Positions 24,216 to 37,120 are shown, counted from the first letter of the whole stretch. The stretch: DNA of 63,093 nucleotides, filler included, from Octopus bimaculoides (GCF_001194135.2; 5 parts of 4 records of this genome joined end to end with filler, not necessarily neighbours in it); one strand, 5' to 3'. Made by a program: numbers and translations. Notes: generated from the sequence alone by a model not told the origin.

Positions 24216-25300
24216 AGACGGCGTCTGTCGCCAAAACTCCAAAGTTGATTGACATTTTCATGCTTGGATTTATAAACTACAATAGGAATAACACTGGTCA
24301 ACAAAGAAATTGTCCCAAAATTATATGAAATGAAAAATATGTAAAAATACTAACACAGAAAAAGCACAGAAAAATGCTAATCCACAGAAGCACAGAAAAA
24401 TATGTAATATACAAACACACAGAAAAATTAAAACAAAATACGGGGTGAAAAGAATCTCGCGGTATGAGAATCAGCACAGAACAACGTGCTGCACATACAC
24501 GGGTGAAGTGAAATACAACACAGCGTGCGGTTGTCATGGTAACAAACTACTAATGCAACGCTGTCTTTTGGCTAAAATTACCCAAATTTCCCAACTTTAA
24601 TTCCAAATAACATCAGATTCTTTAATTTGCGAGATAAAGTAATTGGTTGATCATAATCAAAATTCGGAGTTGCATCGATTCACCGAAATTGAAAGCAATC
24701 TGAGCAAAATTAAAGGGGGCTTATTTTGCGAATGAAACTAACTAGATCCTTGGAATGCAAATACAAGCGGAATGAAACAAATTTCCCGTAAATCGGATAA
24801 GTGTTAGTGAAGATATTAAGGGTTTTCGGGGTATAAATATCCAAAACGGTGCATAATGGGAAAAGTCTCCGAAATTAACTTAATCCTGGTAGGGAAGTAA
24901 CTCTTACCTTTCGATTAGGCAGTGACTTGGCAACGAAAAAATACGATTTGTTTTTTTTACAGTAAATGTTTCTATTTTCAATGTTAAATCTCTGGACGAG
25001 GTATTAACAGTAACTGCACGATAAAGTGAAGTATATTTGCCACTTAAATGTGGCTGACCCCTAAGGGTGGATGTTACTGTTGCTTTTAGCCCCAGGAGAA
25101 CATCTCCTCCACACAGGACACAGATGTGTGTCGATAAGCCAGCTGGAGATGTTCTCCTGGGGCTAAAAGCAACAGTAACATCCACCCTTAGGGGTCAGCC
25201 ACATTTAAGTGGCAAATATACTTCACGTTTCTATTTTCGCTTTTGTTAAACACAATACTTTAATCATTCAGAAATATTTTTAGGTGAATGTGATTTGTAC
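23400..25300 (+). mobile_element. Unclassified DNA-transposon-like sequence (left arm); inverted homolog of 30660-32000
   Basis: 23520-23580, 24745-24979 and 25239-25300 are reverse complements of 31930-31985, 31645-31910 and about 31595-31650. Confidence 0.55.
24980..25226. mobile_element. Fold-back insertion with perfect 82-bp inverted arms and 12-bp TSD
   Basis: Arms 25026-25107 and 25145-25226, with a 37-nt spacer. TSD GTTTCTATTTTC at 24968-24979 and 25227-25238. A degenerate relative lies at about 26440-26600. Confidence 0.85.
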
Positions 25301-26149
25301 AATAACATCAGATTCTTTAATTTGCGAGATAAAGTAATTGGTTGATCGTANNNNNNNNNNNNNNNNNNNNNNNNNNNNNNNNNNNNNNNNNNNNNNNNNN
25401 NNNNNNNNNNNNNNNNNNNNNNNNNNNNNNNNNNNNNNNNNNNNNNNNNNNNNNNNNNNNNNNNNNNNNNNNNNNNNNNNNNNNNNNNNNNNNNNNNNNN
25501 NNNNNNNNNNNNNNNNNNNNNNNNNNNNNNNNNNNNNNNNNNNNNNNNNNNNNNNNNNNNNNNNNNNNNNNNNNNNNNNNNNNNNNNNNNNNNNNNNNNN
25601 NNNNNNNNNNNNNNNNNNNNNNNNNNNNNNNNNNNNNNNNNNNNNNNNNNNNNNNNNNNNNNNNNNNNNNNNNNNNNNNNNNNNNNNNNNNNNNNNNNNN
25701 NNNNNNNNNNNNNNNNNNNNNNNNNNNNNNNNNNNNNNNNNNNNNNNNNNNNNNNNNNNNNNNNNNNNNNNNNNNNNNNNNNNNNNNNNNNNNNNNNNNN
25801 NNNNNNNNNNNNNNNNNNNNNNNNNNNNNNNNNNNNNNNNNNNNNNNNNNNNNNNNNNNNNNNNNNNNNNNNNNNNNNNNNNNNNNNNNNNNNNNNNNNN
25901 NNNNNNNNNNNNNNNNNNNNNNNNNNNNNNNNNNNNNNNNNNNNNNNNNNNNNNNNNNNNNNNNNNNNNNNNNNNNNNNNNNNNNNNNNNNNNNNNNNNN
26001 NNNNNNNNNNNNNNNNNNNNNNNNNNNNNNNNNNNNNNNNNNNNNNNNNNNNNNNNNNNNNNNNNNNNNNNNNNNNNNNNNNNNNNNNNNNNNNNNNNNN
26101 NTATATATAAACATTTAATTAAATAGAGATACAATTGCCAATCCAATAA

Positions 26150-26770
26150 TTTATTTATATTATAATATGATATAATATACTATGAATATAATATAAGATA
26201 ATACAAAAATATTTTTAAAACACCAAAAAAGCCGACAATTTGTTTCCACTTATAGACATTTTTTTATATATAAACAATTCAATTCCGTTATGTAAGCCTC
26301 ATCAGAGTCAATGGAGTTTTGTTTTGTGGTCGAGGGGTGCAATCCAGCTGTCCTGTCACTAGGAATTTCGTCTATCTTCGAACATTGGCTCTGATGCGGC
26401 TTATCTAGGGGAATTGAATTTAGAAATAATACATTTCTAAATCTCTCAGAGAGATGTATGCTGTAGCACCACGATAAAGTGATAGTATGTTGTCAACTTA
26501 ATGCGACAGTCACATGAAAGGGAAGAATGCTACTGTTATTTGGCCCTAGGAAACACCGTTTCCTGTTGGACTTGACACATTTCCTGCGTCCTTATGTTTT
26601 GAAAGTAAAGACAAGCGCCTCTACCCAGCATTGAATTGTTTATATATCAAAAAATGTATAAAGTTGAAACAAATTGTTGGCTTTTTTGGTCTTTTAATAA
26701 TTGTTTATGTTATCTTATATTATATTGTATTATATTCATAGTATATTATGTTATATTATAATATAAATAT
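26150..26770. mobile_element. Decayed fold-back element carrying hammerhead-like motif family B
   Basis: 26150-26312 is the reverse complement of 26383-26420 plus 26630-26770. The plus copy is split by an insertion flanked by ATTGAATT (26413-26420 / 26630-26637). Confidence 0.6.
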
Positions 26771-26789
26771 ATATATATATAACTTAGAT

Positions 26790-29620
26790 TGGTTTCTGCC
26801 ATTATCGGCCCAGGCCGTGACTAACTCAATAGCATCAGCTGGAAAAGTCTTTTAGTTAATTATTTCGAGACACCATGGACCGCTGAAGCAGAGAGTTGTT
26901 GTTGGTTGAGACTTATCCAGGTGTAGGTAGTTTATCCGGTATTTCCTAGAGGAATTTGTCCAAGTACAGTTTGAAAGATGTGGGGCCTTTTCTACTTTAA
27001 TTTCTTTCGGGGTAACACTGAAAAGAGCAGGACTATTTGCAGTGAAGAAATTGTGTCGCAATGTTCTTATGTGATGTGATCTCGATTTTTGTAGAGGACT
27101 CATTGAACGGGCTTAGTCTTGGGTGAATTGTAAACATAATGCCGATATCATTTGGATAATATTGCTGGAATATTTTCCACATGGTGCAAATAATGTATCG
27201 CTCACAGCGGTGTTGCAGAGAATAGAGTTTCAGCTGTTTAAGTCGAGGCCAATAATTAAGTCCCATCATACCATTTATTTTTTTAGTGATTGATCTTTGC
27301 GGAGCTTCAATCCTCATTATGTCTTGTATTTTGTAGGGGGACCACAATGGGCAGCGGTTTTCGAGGTGGGGCCTAGCGAATGTGAAGAAGAGAAGGATGA
27401 TGGTTTCATGATTCCTAGATTGAAAAGTTCTAAAGATCTATGAGCTCATTCTGTGGGCAACATCGACTTTTTTGTTGATGTGCACACTCCAGCTAAGGTT
27501 GCTGTTGAAAGTTACACCTAAGTCTCTGATATTATCCAATGGTTCAAGTAGGCCTCCTGACGGTAGTGTATATGGTTGTTTGGGTGTGTCCTCCTTTCCG
27601 AAGTGAATGAGCTCAGTTTTTCTTCGTTCAAATGGACATTGTTTTTTTGTGCCCACTGAGTTACTGCGCATAGGTCTGATTGAAGCATCGTCCGATAATA
27701 TGCTCCCTCTGACTTTCTGTAGCTTAGAGCCATCTGCAAATATTTTAATGGTGCTCTGTTCAATGGAATCTGCAATGTCATTGGTATAGACAATAAAAAG
27801 AAGTGGACCCAGCACAGTACCTTCCAGGACTCTGCTGATGACTTTTGCTGGTCTTGAGTAGATGTCATCAACCACAACATGCTGGGTCCTAATCCGTTGA
27901 AGTAACTTTCCACCAACTCCAGCGTTGGATAGTTTCTTTAACGGTATATTGTGGTCGACTCTGTCAAAGGCCTTGCTGAAATCAAGGTATATGACATCAG
28001 CGTTGGAGCCCTCTCTTAGTGAATTTAAGATGTCATCAAAGTGGTGGGGGAGTTGTGTTAGACAGTCCCTCCCACTTTGTAAGCCATGCTGGTTGTAATT
28101 TAGGAGATGATTTTGTTCTAGGAAGGCTGTTATTCTTGATCTCAACACTCTCTCAAATACTTTGATGATTTGTGAGGTGAGTGAGATTGGACGCTAGTNN
28201 NNNNNNNNNNNNNNNNNNNNNNNNNNNNNNNNNNNNNNNNNNNNNNNNNNNNNNNNNNNNNNNNNNNNNNNNNNNNNNNNNNNNNNNNNNNNNNNNNNNN
28301 NNNNNNNNNNNNNNNNNNNNNNNNNNNNNNNNNNNNNNNNNNNNNNNNNNNNNNNNNNTGCAAGAGGAGCTGCAAGTTGTTGTCTGCATTCCTTCAACAC
28401 TCTAGCAGGGAACCTGTCCAGACCCACTACTGTATCAGGTTTGATTTCTTTTATTGCTGCTAGGATATCAGTGGCGTCAAAGGTTATGTCAGAAAGGATA
28501 TGTTGAGGAGTCAAAGAAGCAAAGCTGATTGAGTCAACTGAAAACAGGGTCACTGAAGACTGAGCAATATTGACTTTGAGGGATCTCAGCCATATCTTTG
28601 GCATCACCGTGAAGGATGCTGTTTCCGTCAACCAGTGGCCTGATAGAGGAAATTGTGGTCCTATGTGTCTTTGCAAAGGAGTAAAAGACCTTAGGATTAT
28701 GCTTGATGTTTTTAATTACCCAGGCTTCCTCTGCAGCTCTTTGGTCGTTTATGTGGGTTCTCATACAGTCCTGCAGTTGTTGCTTCTTTGATTCCAAGGT
28801 TGTTAATCTTCTCGATTGGGGGTGATGCTGATGGTGGTATTTTAGAGTATTGATTTTTCGATTTATTCTTTTTATTCTCCTGGTGAGCGCTTTTCTGTTT
28901 TGGAACCCTGCATCTACTGTTATTTATGAGTCATAAGGGTGTGTGTTTTGAGTATATGTGGGTAACTGTGTCCTCAAATAGTTGCCATGCGTTTGTGTTT
29001 GTTGTGGTATTGGAGGAAGCAAGGGTGAAGGACCAGTCCACTTGCGATAAGTCTTGGGTGATCGCACTCCAGGTTGACTTGTGTAAATTCATATTATCAA
29101 AAGGGTACACTGGAGTTTGTGATTTATGCCAAATTTTTGGATGCTGAAGACTGAGGTAACAGAGTACTATATTATGATCGGACAGGAGGATTCTTTCCAC
29201 TGTGATATTATGAATAGTGTTAGCATAGTTGCTTAACACTAGGTCCAAGACACTTTGGTTGTTTCTGATCGGTTCATGGACGAGTTGTGACAGGAAAAAA
29301 TTATCCATAAATTTAAAAAGTAACTTCACAGCTGCTTTGTCTCAGCTTGAGGTGAAGGTTCTTGGTCTAACAATATTAGTGGACCAGTCTACAGTCGCCC
29401 ATCATCAGAATATTTCCTGGGTTACATTGCAGGAGGAAAGATTTGATCTTCTCGAGGCACTCTTGGAAATAGTGTAAGGGTACTTGTGGGGGTCTGTAGA
29501 GCCCATTCACAGACAGGTCTTTACTGATTCGCAGTAGTCGTTGGAGAAAATGTCCTTGACATCTGCGCTGAAAGAATCATGAAGGAAAACAACAACTCCC
29601 CCCTTTCTTCGGCCTGGGGG
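26790..29620 (-). mobile_element. CR1-like LINE, 5'-truncated ORF2 pseudogene (APE endonuclease + reverse transcriptase)
   Basis: EN motifs KKGGVVVFLHD, LMMGDC, LDLVLS and LSDHN. RT motifs QHGLQSGRDCLTQL, YLDFSKAFDRVDH, GTVLGPLLF, IFADGSKL and RDLGV. A C-terminal LKQLKLYSLQHRCER block follows. Multiple stops and frameshifts. Confidence 0.9.
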
Positions 29621-30212
29621 CATCACATTCTCAGTAGGTGTTGTATTGTTAATTCTAACAGCGGCAAGCAAGGATTCACTCTCCTGTTTGACGCACTATC
29701 TCAGACTGTTCTTCTCGTTGACAACATATGTCTTACATCCTATGATACCTTTTCTTCCCCTGTTTCTAGGCACATACAGCTTGTCAGTATCGCTTTTGGG
29801 GTGTATTTTCTTGTTAATTGTCATCACATTTCTAGTTTTCCTGTCCATTTCCTCGAGCTCGTTCTCTGTCCACCTAACAACACCTGCGTCTAATCGCATT
29901 AAGGAAACAACCTATGTGTTCATTGCCCTGATTTTATTTTTTGCCATTGAATCTACTTTCCATAATTAACTTGGTTCTTCTGGGATATTCTCGCCTAAAG
30001 TTTTCCTTCATTTCACTTTCCTTGATTTTGTCGTAGTCTAAAATCCCCAGATATTTATATCCATTAGTCTCAATATCTTTGATTTTCTCGCCGTTGAGTA
30101 GCTCTACACCATCAGACAACACTACTTTGCCCCTTTGTATTATAAGCATACCACACTTTTTAGTCTCCAAATTTTTATTCTGCACTGTTGAAACTAGGCC
30201 ATTTATTTCACG
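29621..30212 (-). mobile_element. R4/Dong-like non-LTR retrotransposon internal fragment (RT C-terminal/thumb region)
   Basis: GYKYLGIL...EYPRRTKLIMESRFNGK.K and ELEEMDRKTRNVMTINKKIHPKSDTDKLYVPRNRGRKG match the HPKSDxDRLYxPRxxGGRGL pattern of REL-endonuclease clades. Confidence 0.7.
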
Positions 30213-30375
<163 letters not shown>

Positions 30376-30379
30376 TTAA

Positions 30380-30600
30380 GGTGGACAGCTGGCAAAATCG
30401 TTAGCACGCCGGGCGAAATGCTTAACAGTATTTCGTCTGTCTTCACGTTCTGAGTTCAAATTCCACCGAGGTTGACTTCACCTTTCATCCTTTCGGGGTC
30501 GATAAATTAAGTACCAGTGAAACACTGGGGTCGATGTAATTGACCTCCACCCCACCCCCAAATTTCAGGCCTTGTACCTTTATTAGAAAGGATTATTATT
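30380..30600 (+). mobile_element. SINE S2 (Meta-like core)
   Basis: GGACAGCTGGCAAAATCGTTAGCACGCCGGGCGAAATG...GAGTTCAAAT...CCTTTCATCCTTTCGGGGTCGATAAATTAAGTACCAGT. Confidence 0.8.
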
Positions 30601-30659
30601 ATATTTTTCTCTATGCTTCCGATCTTTTATTTTCTAAATTCTTAATAATAAACTAGACT

Positions 30660-32000
30660 ACCCGTGACCTGTTGAATCACCAATGGTTCAAGGTACTCGA
30701 AAAAACCGCGTATTTCGAGAATCTGTGTCCTATTTATTCTGTTATTCCGTATGTATTTACATTTCAATGTATTCACATTTCAAAGCATTTTTCCCATTAT
30801 ACGCCGGTTTGGATATTGATAAATGTACCCGAAAAAATCACGTATCTAGGTAACCCGTGGACCGGTTTACACAAAACTTGTTTTATTCCATTTGTATTCA
30901 CCTGAGTATCCGATTCATGACATCTTCTGCTTTTGTCTCTGTCCCTCTGTTTCGGCCAGACCCTCAGTTATTCAAGTGTCCGATTCCTGATCTCTCCTGC
31001 TTCTGTCTCTTTCCTTCTGTTCCGCCAGACGCTCAGCCCTTGCTTTATCAGTCTCATCAACCCTTCTATTCGCATGCCTGTCCCGATCTTGGGCAAATAT
31101 TTCGTAAAGGACTCGTTCGTACTTCAGTGTGAAATAATTTTTTGCACAGGTATTTTCGNNNNNNNNNNNNNNNNNNNNNNNNNNNNNNNNNNNNNNNNNN
31201 NNNNNNNNNNNNNNNNNNNNNNNNNNNNNNNNNNNNNNNNNNNNNNNNNNNNNNNNNNNNNNNNNNNNNNNNNNNNNNNNNNNNNNNNNNNNNNNNNNNN
31301 NNNNNNNNNNNNNNNNNNNNNNNNNNNNNNNNNNNNNNNNNNNNNNNNNNNNNNNNNNNNNNNNNNNNNNGAGATACATTGAATGCACTCGAAAAAAAAA
31401 CAATGGAAAAAAATTATTTCACACTGAGATTAGGAACGGATCTTTTACGAAATATCATATTTTAAAGTCATTTTCACTTTAAAATAATTTTTAAATATGT
31501 CCAAAAAGATTTTTGTAATGGTATTCACTTGAAAATAATTTTTAAAAAGATTAAAATATTGTTTGTTTAAAGAAAGCTAAAATAAAAATACTTACTGTAC
31601 AATTTAACTTACATTTTTGAAATCTAAATGATTAAAATATTGTGTTTAACAAAAGCGAAATAGAAACATTTACTGTAAAAGACAACTCGTATTTTTTCGT
31701 TGGCAAGTTAAAGTCACTAATACTTTTACCCATTATAATGTGTCTAATAGAAAGATTAGAGTCTCTTCCCCTTTCAGAGTTAAGTTATTTTCGGAGTATT
31801 TTCCCATTATGCACCGTTTTGGATATTTGTACCCCCAAAACCCCCAATATCTCAAGATCCAGTTGTCCGATTTATGCGAAACTTGTTTTATTCCGTTTGT
31901 ATTCACATTTCAGGAGATTCTTAATTCAAAGTATTTTCCCATTATTCACCAGTTTGGCTGTGTAACATTGCAAGTAAGCAAGGCTGAAGTTCATTTTTAA
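30660..32000 (-). mobile_element. Unclassified DNA-transposon-like sequence (right arm) with a repeated module of about 130 bp
   Basis: Module TTTTCCCATTAT..GGATA..TACC..AAACTTGTTTTATTCC.TTTGTATTCAC at about 30790, 31797 and 31930. Inverted homolog of 23.4-25.3 kb. Confidence 0.55.
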
Positions 32001-32335
32001 TTATATTACTAAAATTCCTTACCATTTATTAGAAAATCCTCTTATTAATTTATATCAATTTTATTATTATTTTCTTCCATAATCTTTTAAAATGTTGACT
32101 TGGCGTTCCTATAACGTTACGTCTTTCATCTGAGGCCGTAGCTTAAATTCTGCATTATTTTAAAGGATTTTTTGCATTTTTGCATTAATGCAGGTATCTA
32201 AGTAATTTATTTATTATTAAATATAGTATAAGTTATCTGCATGTTTTTGAATCATGAAACGATTTGCCGTAATATTAGAATTTTCTTAATGTTAGATAAA
32301 ATTTCATCAAACCACTTCTCTGTCATTGATGACTT

Positions 32336-32404
<69 letters not shown>

Positions 32405-32741
32405 NNNNNNNNNNNNNNNNNNNNNNNNNNNNNNNNNNNNNNNNNNNNTTAATTAATTAANNNNNNNNNNNNNNNNNNNNNNNNNNNNNNNNNNNNNNNN
32501 NNNNTATATATATATATATATATATATATTCCTATCTAGCACTTTTTCACTTGTATACCTATGTATGCATGGTTTTGCATATATGTGTGTATGTTTGTAT
32601 GTATGTGTATGTATGTTTGCATTATGTATGTATGTACGTATATGTGCATCTATGTATATCATTTATTAGTGTGACCTTGGTTAGCTGAATTTGAGATGGA
32701 AGTGTTGTTTACTGTTGGTTTTCGTTTCAACCTTATTATTG

Positions 32742-32789
<48 letters not shown>

Positions 32790-33384
32790 TGCTTACTAGG
32801 GACAAGAGGAAATTCTTGTCGAATCTGTTTTTGCTGAGCAACAAATAAAATTCTACACTTTCAACTGATAAGGAAGCTGTTCTTTTGTTTTCCTTTTCTT
32901 GCAGAATGAGCTGGTTTTACGTGTGTACATTGATGCCTATACTTAGTTCGTTGTTTGTGGCGTGGCCGTATCATAAACAAGAATGCTGAATATTGTTGAT
33001 GTTGCTGTTTGTTGTTTAGTCTCAGGTCATAAGTGCAGGAACGAAATTTGCTTAGAGGGTGCGAACCCAGAGCCAATCTTTTTTTTACAAACAAAGCTGA
33101 TTTTTTCAATCTCAATATCAAAAGAAATAAAGGGCGAGAACTACGTTAAGGGTACACGCGTCTGTAGAATGCTCAGCTACTTGCACGTTAATTTCACGAG
33201 CAGGTTGTTCCGTTGATCGGATCAACAGGAACCCTTGTCGTCGTAACCGAGTGAGTGCCATCGCGCGCGATATCTTTTGTGCCGTAAACTATTTACCATT
33301 TCTGTGGTGCCCATATTTCCCTTGGTGTTCAAAGTATGCGCTTATTTCGCTTAATGCTGACTCCAACGCTGACTCAGAGTGAAG

Positions 33385-33915
33385 TGTATATATCCTGGAG
33401 GCATAGTATGGTCGAATATATAAGAGGTTCGCTTCGCCACTACAACAATCCTACTGCATAGCACTTTGGGTTTAAAAAAATGCCACTTTTTCTAATAACT
33501 TCAAGTAAATCTACGTGTCGACTGGATTCTACATGTAACTGGTGAGTGAGTCTTGTCACATGCTGTGTTGCACTGAATTCAGTTTGAAAATTACGTTAAG
33601 AGTACAGTGATCCCTCGACTATCGCGGGTGTTACGTTCTAAAACACCCCGCGAGAGGTGAAAATCCGCGAAGTAGAAACAGTACTGTACAGTTTATTATT
33701 TTTTTATTATGTTTATAATCTGTATGTATTTATTTTATTATAAATGCAAAACAACACCACGGCGTAAGCTTAAATAATAAACCGCGTTAGATGAACCGCA
33801 ATATGGTGAGGGATTACTGTACTCGTGTCTGTGGTATACTCAGACACAACTAACGCATCATTAGTTCGAGAAGTTGGTCGAACAACTGAATCCTCATCGT
33901 CGAACGACGGAGAGA
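33385..33915 (+). mobile_element. SINE family S3 (degenerate), interrupted by a MITE
   Basis: The tail TACGTTAAG.GTAC.CGTGTCTGTGG is shared with 33130-33262 and 40730-40860. Confidence 0.55.
33605..33819. mobile_element. pogo/Tigger-like MITE
   Basis: TIRs CAGTGATCCCTCG / TGAGGGATTACTG, with TA duplicated at 33603-33604 and 33820-33821. It is inserted at the GTAC of the S3 tail. Confidence 0.8.
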
Positions 33916-34401
33916 TACCACGACGACGACGACGACGACGACGACGACCGCCACCACCACTGTCGCCACCTTATCACTACCACCCTTATCAGTAATGTGT
34001 TCCCCACCCCACCTCCCTATCCCTTCCCCTCATCCCATCCTCTTACCATCACCTACCACTACTACCATTACCAGCAACACATAACCCCCCACCTCCATCA
34101 CCACTACCAGTGCCATCACCTCCACCACTTGATTACAGAAGGACAAGGCCAGAAACTGTAAACTATTTATTCCGACACCAACTTTCTGTCAACTCATCGT
34201 CCTACTTCCGATTTTTATTTATTTATTCATTTATTTTATTTTATTTTAAATAAAAGAGGGATTGTCGTCGTTTTGGTTCCTTCCAAATAAATTAAAGCGT
34301 TTCGAAAAAATTCTATCGTCTGCTTCAATCATTTCAGACAATCGGTTTAACGAAAATGCAGACTTATATATGTAGGGATACACATAAACGTATATAGTAA
34401 G

Positions 34402-34468
<67 letters not shown>

Positions 34469-35612
34469 TCTATTCTATCTATCTATCTGTCTGTCTGTCT
34501 GTCTATCTGCGCAAGCATACATATAAGCATACTTGTAACTCACACATATTTATATACATATGTACATATATATGTATATGTGTATGTATGTAGGCAAATC
34601 AAAAATAAGAACAAAAATAAAAACAAAACCAACAAAAGCCAACGGACGTACACAGTGAATGTATAAGGTTGACGATATATATACATATACATATATATAC
34701 ATGCATATACATATACATAAATACACACATATATATATACATGCGCGTGTGTGTGTGCNNNNNNNNNNNNNNNNNNNNNNNNNNNNNNNNNNNNNNNNNN
34801 NNNNNNNNNNNNNNNNNNNNNNNNNNNNNNNNNNNNNNNNNNNNNNNNNNNNNNNNNNNNNNNNNNNNNNNNNNNNNNNNNNNNNNNNNNNNNNNNNNNN
34901 NNNNNNNNNNNNNNNNNNNNNNNNNNNNNNNNNNNNNNNNNNNNNNNNNNNNNNNNNNNNNNNNNNNNNNNNNNNNNNNNNNNNNNNNNNNNNNNNNNNN
35001 NNNNNNNNNNNNNNNNNNNNNNNNNNNNNNNNNNNNNNNNNNNNNNNNNNNNNNNNNNNNNNNNNNNNNNNNNNNNNNNNNNAACTTTATGGCTACTAAG
35101 ACTAGAGATAGTGTAAAATCTCAGCCAGAAATGATAGTCAGGTTTATTAACGCCCGTTTCCGAGATAGTAAAGCTTCTGTTAGCAATCTTCAGTGTATAG
35201 CTGCAGGTCTGACGTTCTCTGCTGGTAACTGAAAGACAGCTATAAAAGAATGGACGAAATGCTTTGATTGGTTTCTCACTCGGAGGAATAGCCATGTGAT
35301 CTCCTCACTTTATCGTAGTAATAGCGATGATGTATGAATGTATATATGTATGCATGTATGTATGCGTGTATGTATGTATGTATGCATGTATGTATGTGTG
35401 TGTGTATGTATGTACGCATGCATGTATATATACATAAGTGTATGCTTGTGTGCCTGTAAGTGTGTCTCAGTATGTGTGTGCCTGTGTGCGGGTGTGTCGT
35501 ACACATGCACACTTCCATTTACACGAACACGAAACGTGCGTACACGCCTCCCTCTCTCTCTCTCTCTCCATCCATTCATCTGGCAAGCTAGCTACATACA
35601 CAAACACACGCA

Positions 35613-35645
<33 letters not shown>

Positions 35646-35771
35646 GTTTATATATATGCATGTATATGTATCTACACACATAGACGTACATTATATATAT
35701 ACATACACACACACGTACAAATTTATATATATATATATATATCATATATCATTTTTCACAGGAATTTTCAA

Positions 35772-35845
35772 TGGCCGGATAACTGAAGAGATGTTGGTGT
35801 GGGCTCCCACCCCGGCATCCGAAACTCGGAGTTTTATCATGGCTA
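35772..35845 (+). ncRNA. Type-I hammerhead ribozyme motif (family C)
   Basis: Stem I GAUAA/UUAUC extends to UGGCC/GGCUA. Core CUGAAGA, then stem II GAUGUUGG/CCGGCAUC plus an inner GUGG/CCAC hairpin, one extra C, GAAA, stem III ACUC/GAGU, and the triplet GUU at 35831-35833. Confidence 0.65.
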
Positions 35846-36277
35846 CCAAATAAGTGTCACATATTTTTACAGATAAATTCCTCTATTTACATAATATCGA
35901 GGTCTCTTTCTTTTCTTTTGTTGTCCTTCCTATCAATATATATACGTACACCAATACGACATACACTCACACACGTACATGCGTACACATATAACATTGT
36001 CGAAGTTGGCTCGCTCGAGAGTGCTCGGGAATACCAACCAATCGGACAGACGTGTTTCGATACTAGTTTTACATTGTGTTTCTGACGAAGATACTTTGAT
36101 TTCAACCGCTCATTTCATAACGGACTCAAATATCCTCCTTGTGTATCCGGTAAAACTTTCAACAAAGTTAACTGCTATCAAGAACAACTCTCTCGGACGA
36201 CTGCTCCTATCTACCCGGCCAACTGCATCCACTCACCCGGACAACCGCCTACTAATAATTGTCTCCAGGCAATTATT

Positions 36278-37120
36278 AATTACATGGTAAAATGCGAGCA
36301 ATCTTAAGAATATAAACCTAGAAAATTACAGAAGTTATTACACTTGAAAAAGTTCGGGACATCTACTAAAGTACAGAACAAGAAAATGTTTACTTAAAAT
36401 ATTGCAGTTAAGGATAAAATTTCAAATAAAATATATAAGCTTTTATTAAAACTAAAAATTTTGTTACAAGTTATTACTTCTGTTTGTTTATTGTTACTTC
36501 TATTAAAAATAAAAATTAAATTGAATTAAAATATTTTTTGCACTTTAAAGAAATTCATTTTTTTAATTATTAATTAATAATTAGAAATTTGAAAATAGGT
36601 TATAAAAAATAATAGTAGTACATAATTAGTTAGTACAATAAATAGAATAATACAAAAATTAGTTACTTATTGCAGTAAAATCTACCTATAACAACAAATT
36701 CACACTAAAATTTGCTTGAGTTATTGCCAACTCTTCACATTTTTAGTCTTGACCCAATGCCTATTTTTTTACATAACGAATTTGCCTATCATATATAGTA
36801 TTCTATTTTGCATAAAACTTTAGCTATATTGGTACTTCTGGCTCTCATTTTTAAAGTATTCTAGTGTGTCAATATTTTAACAAAATGATGGTACCTTTTT
36901 TTTAATTATAATTTTATTTTGTAAATTAAAATCAAATAATTTTTAATATTCAAATTTTATCCTTAGCTGCAATATTTTAAGTAAAAATTTTCTTGTTCTG
37001 TATTTTACCAGTTGTAATAAGTTATTGTGAACTTTTCCAAAGTGTAATAACTTGTCCTGTAATTTTCCAGGTTTATAATCTTAAGCATATTATTTCTCTT
37101 GCTCGCATTTTTTCATGTAA
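36278..37120. repeat. Degenerate long inverted repeat (arms about 36278-36430 and 36940-37120)
   Basis: TACAGAACAAGAAAAT(G/T)TTTACTTAAAATATTGCAG(T/C)TAAGGATAAAATTT and AAAATGCGAGCAA are found in opposite orientations. Confidence 0.65.

Noticed and set aside
24606-25347. Identical 47-bp direct repeat at 24606-24652 and 25301-25347
   Set aside because: The second copy ends at a gap edge, so an internal element repeat cannot be distinguished from contig-end misjoining.
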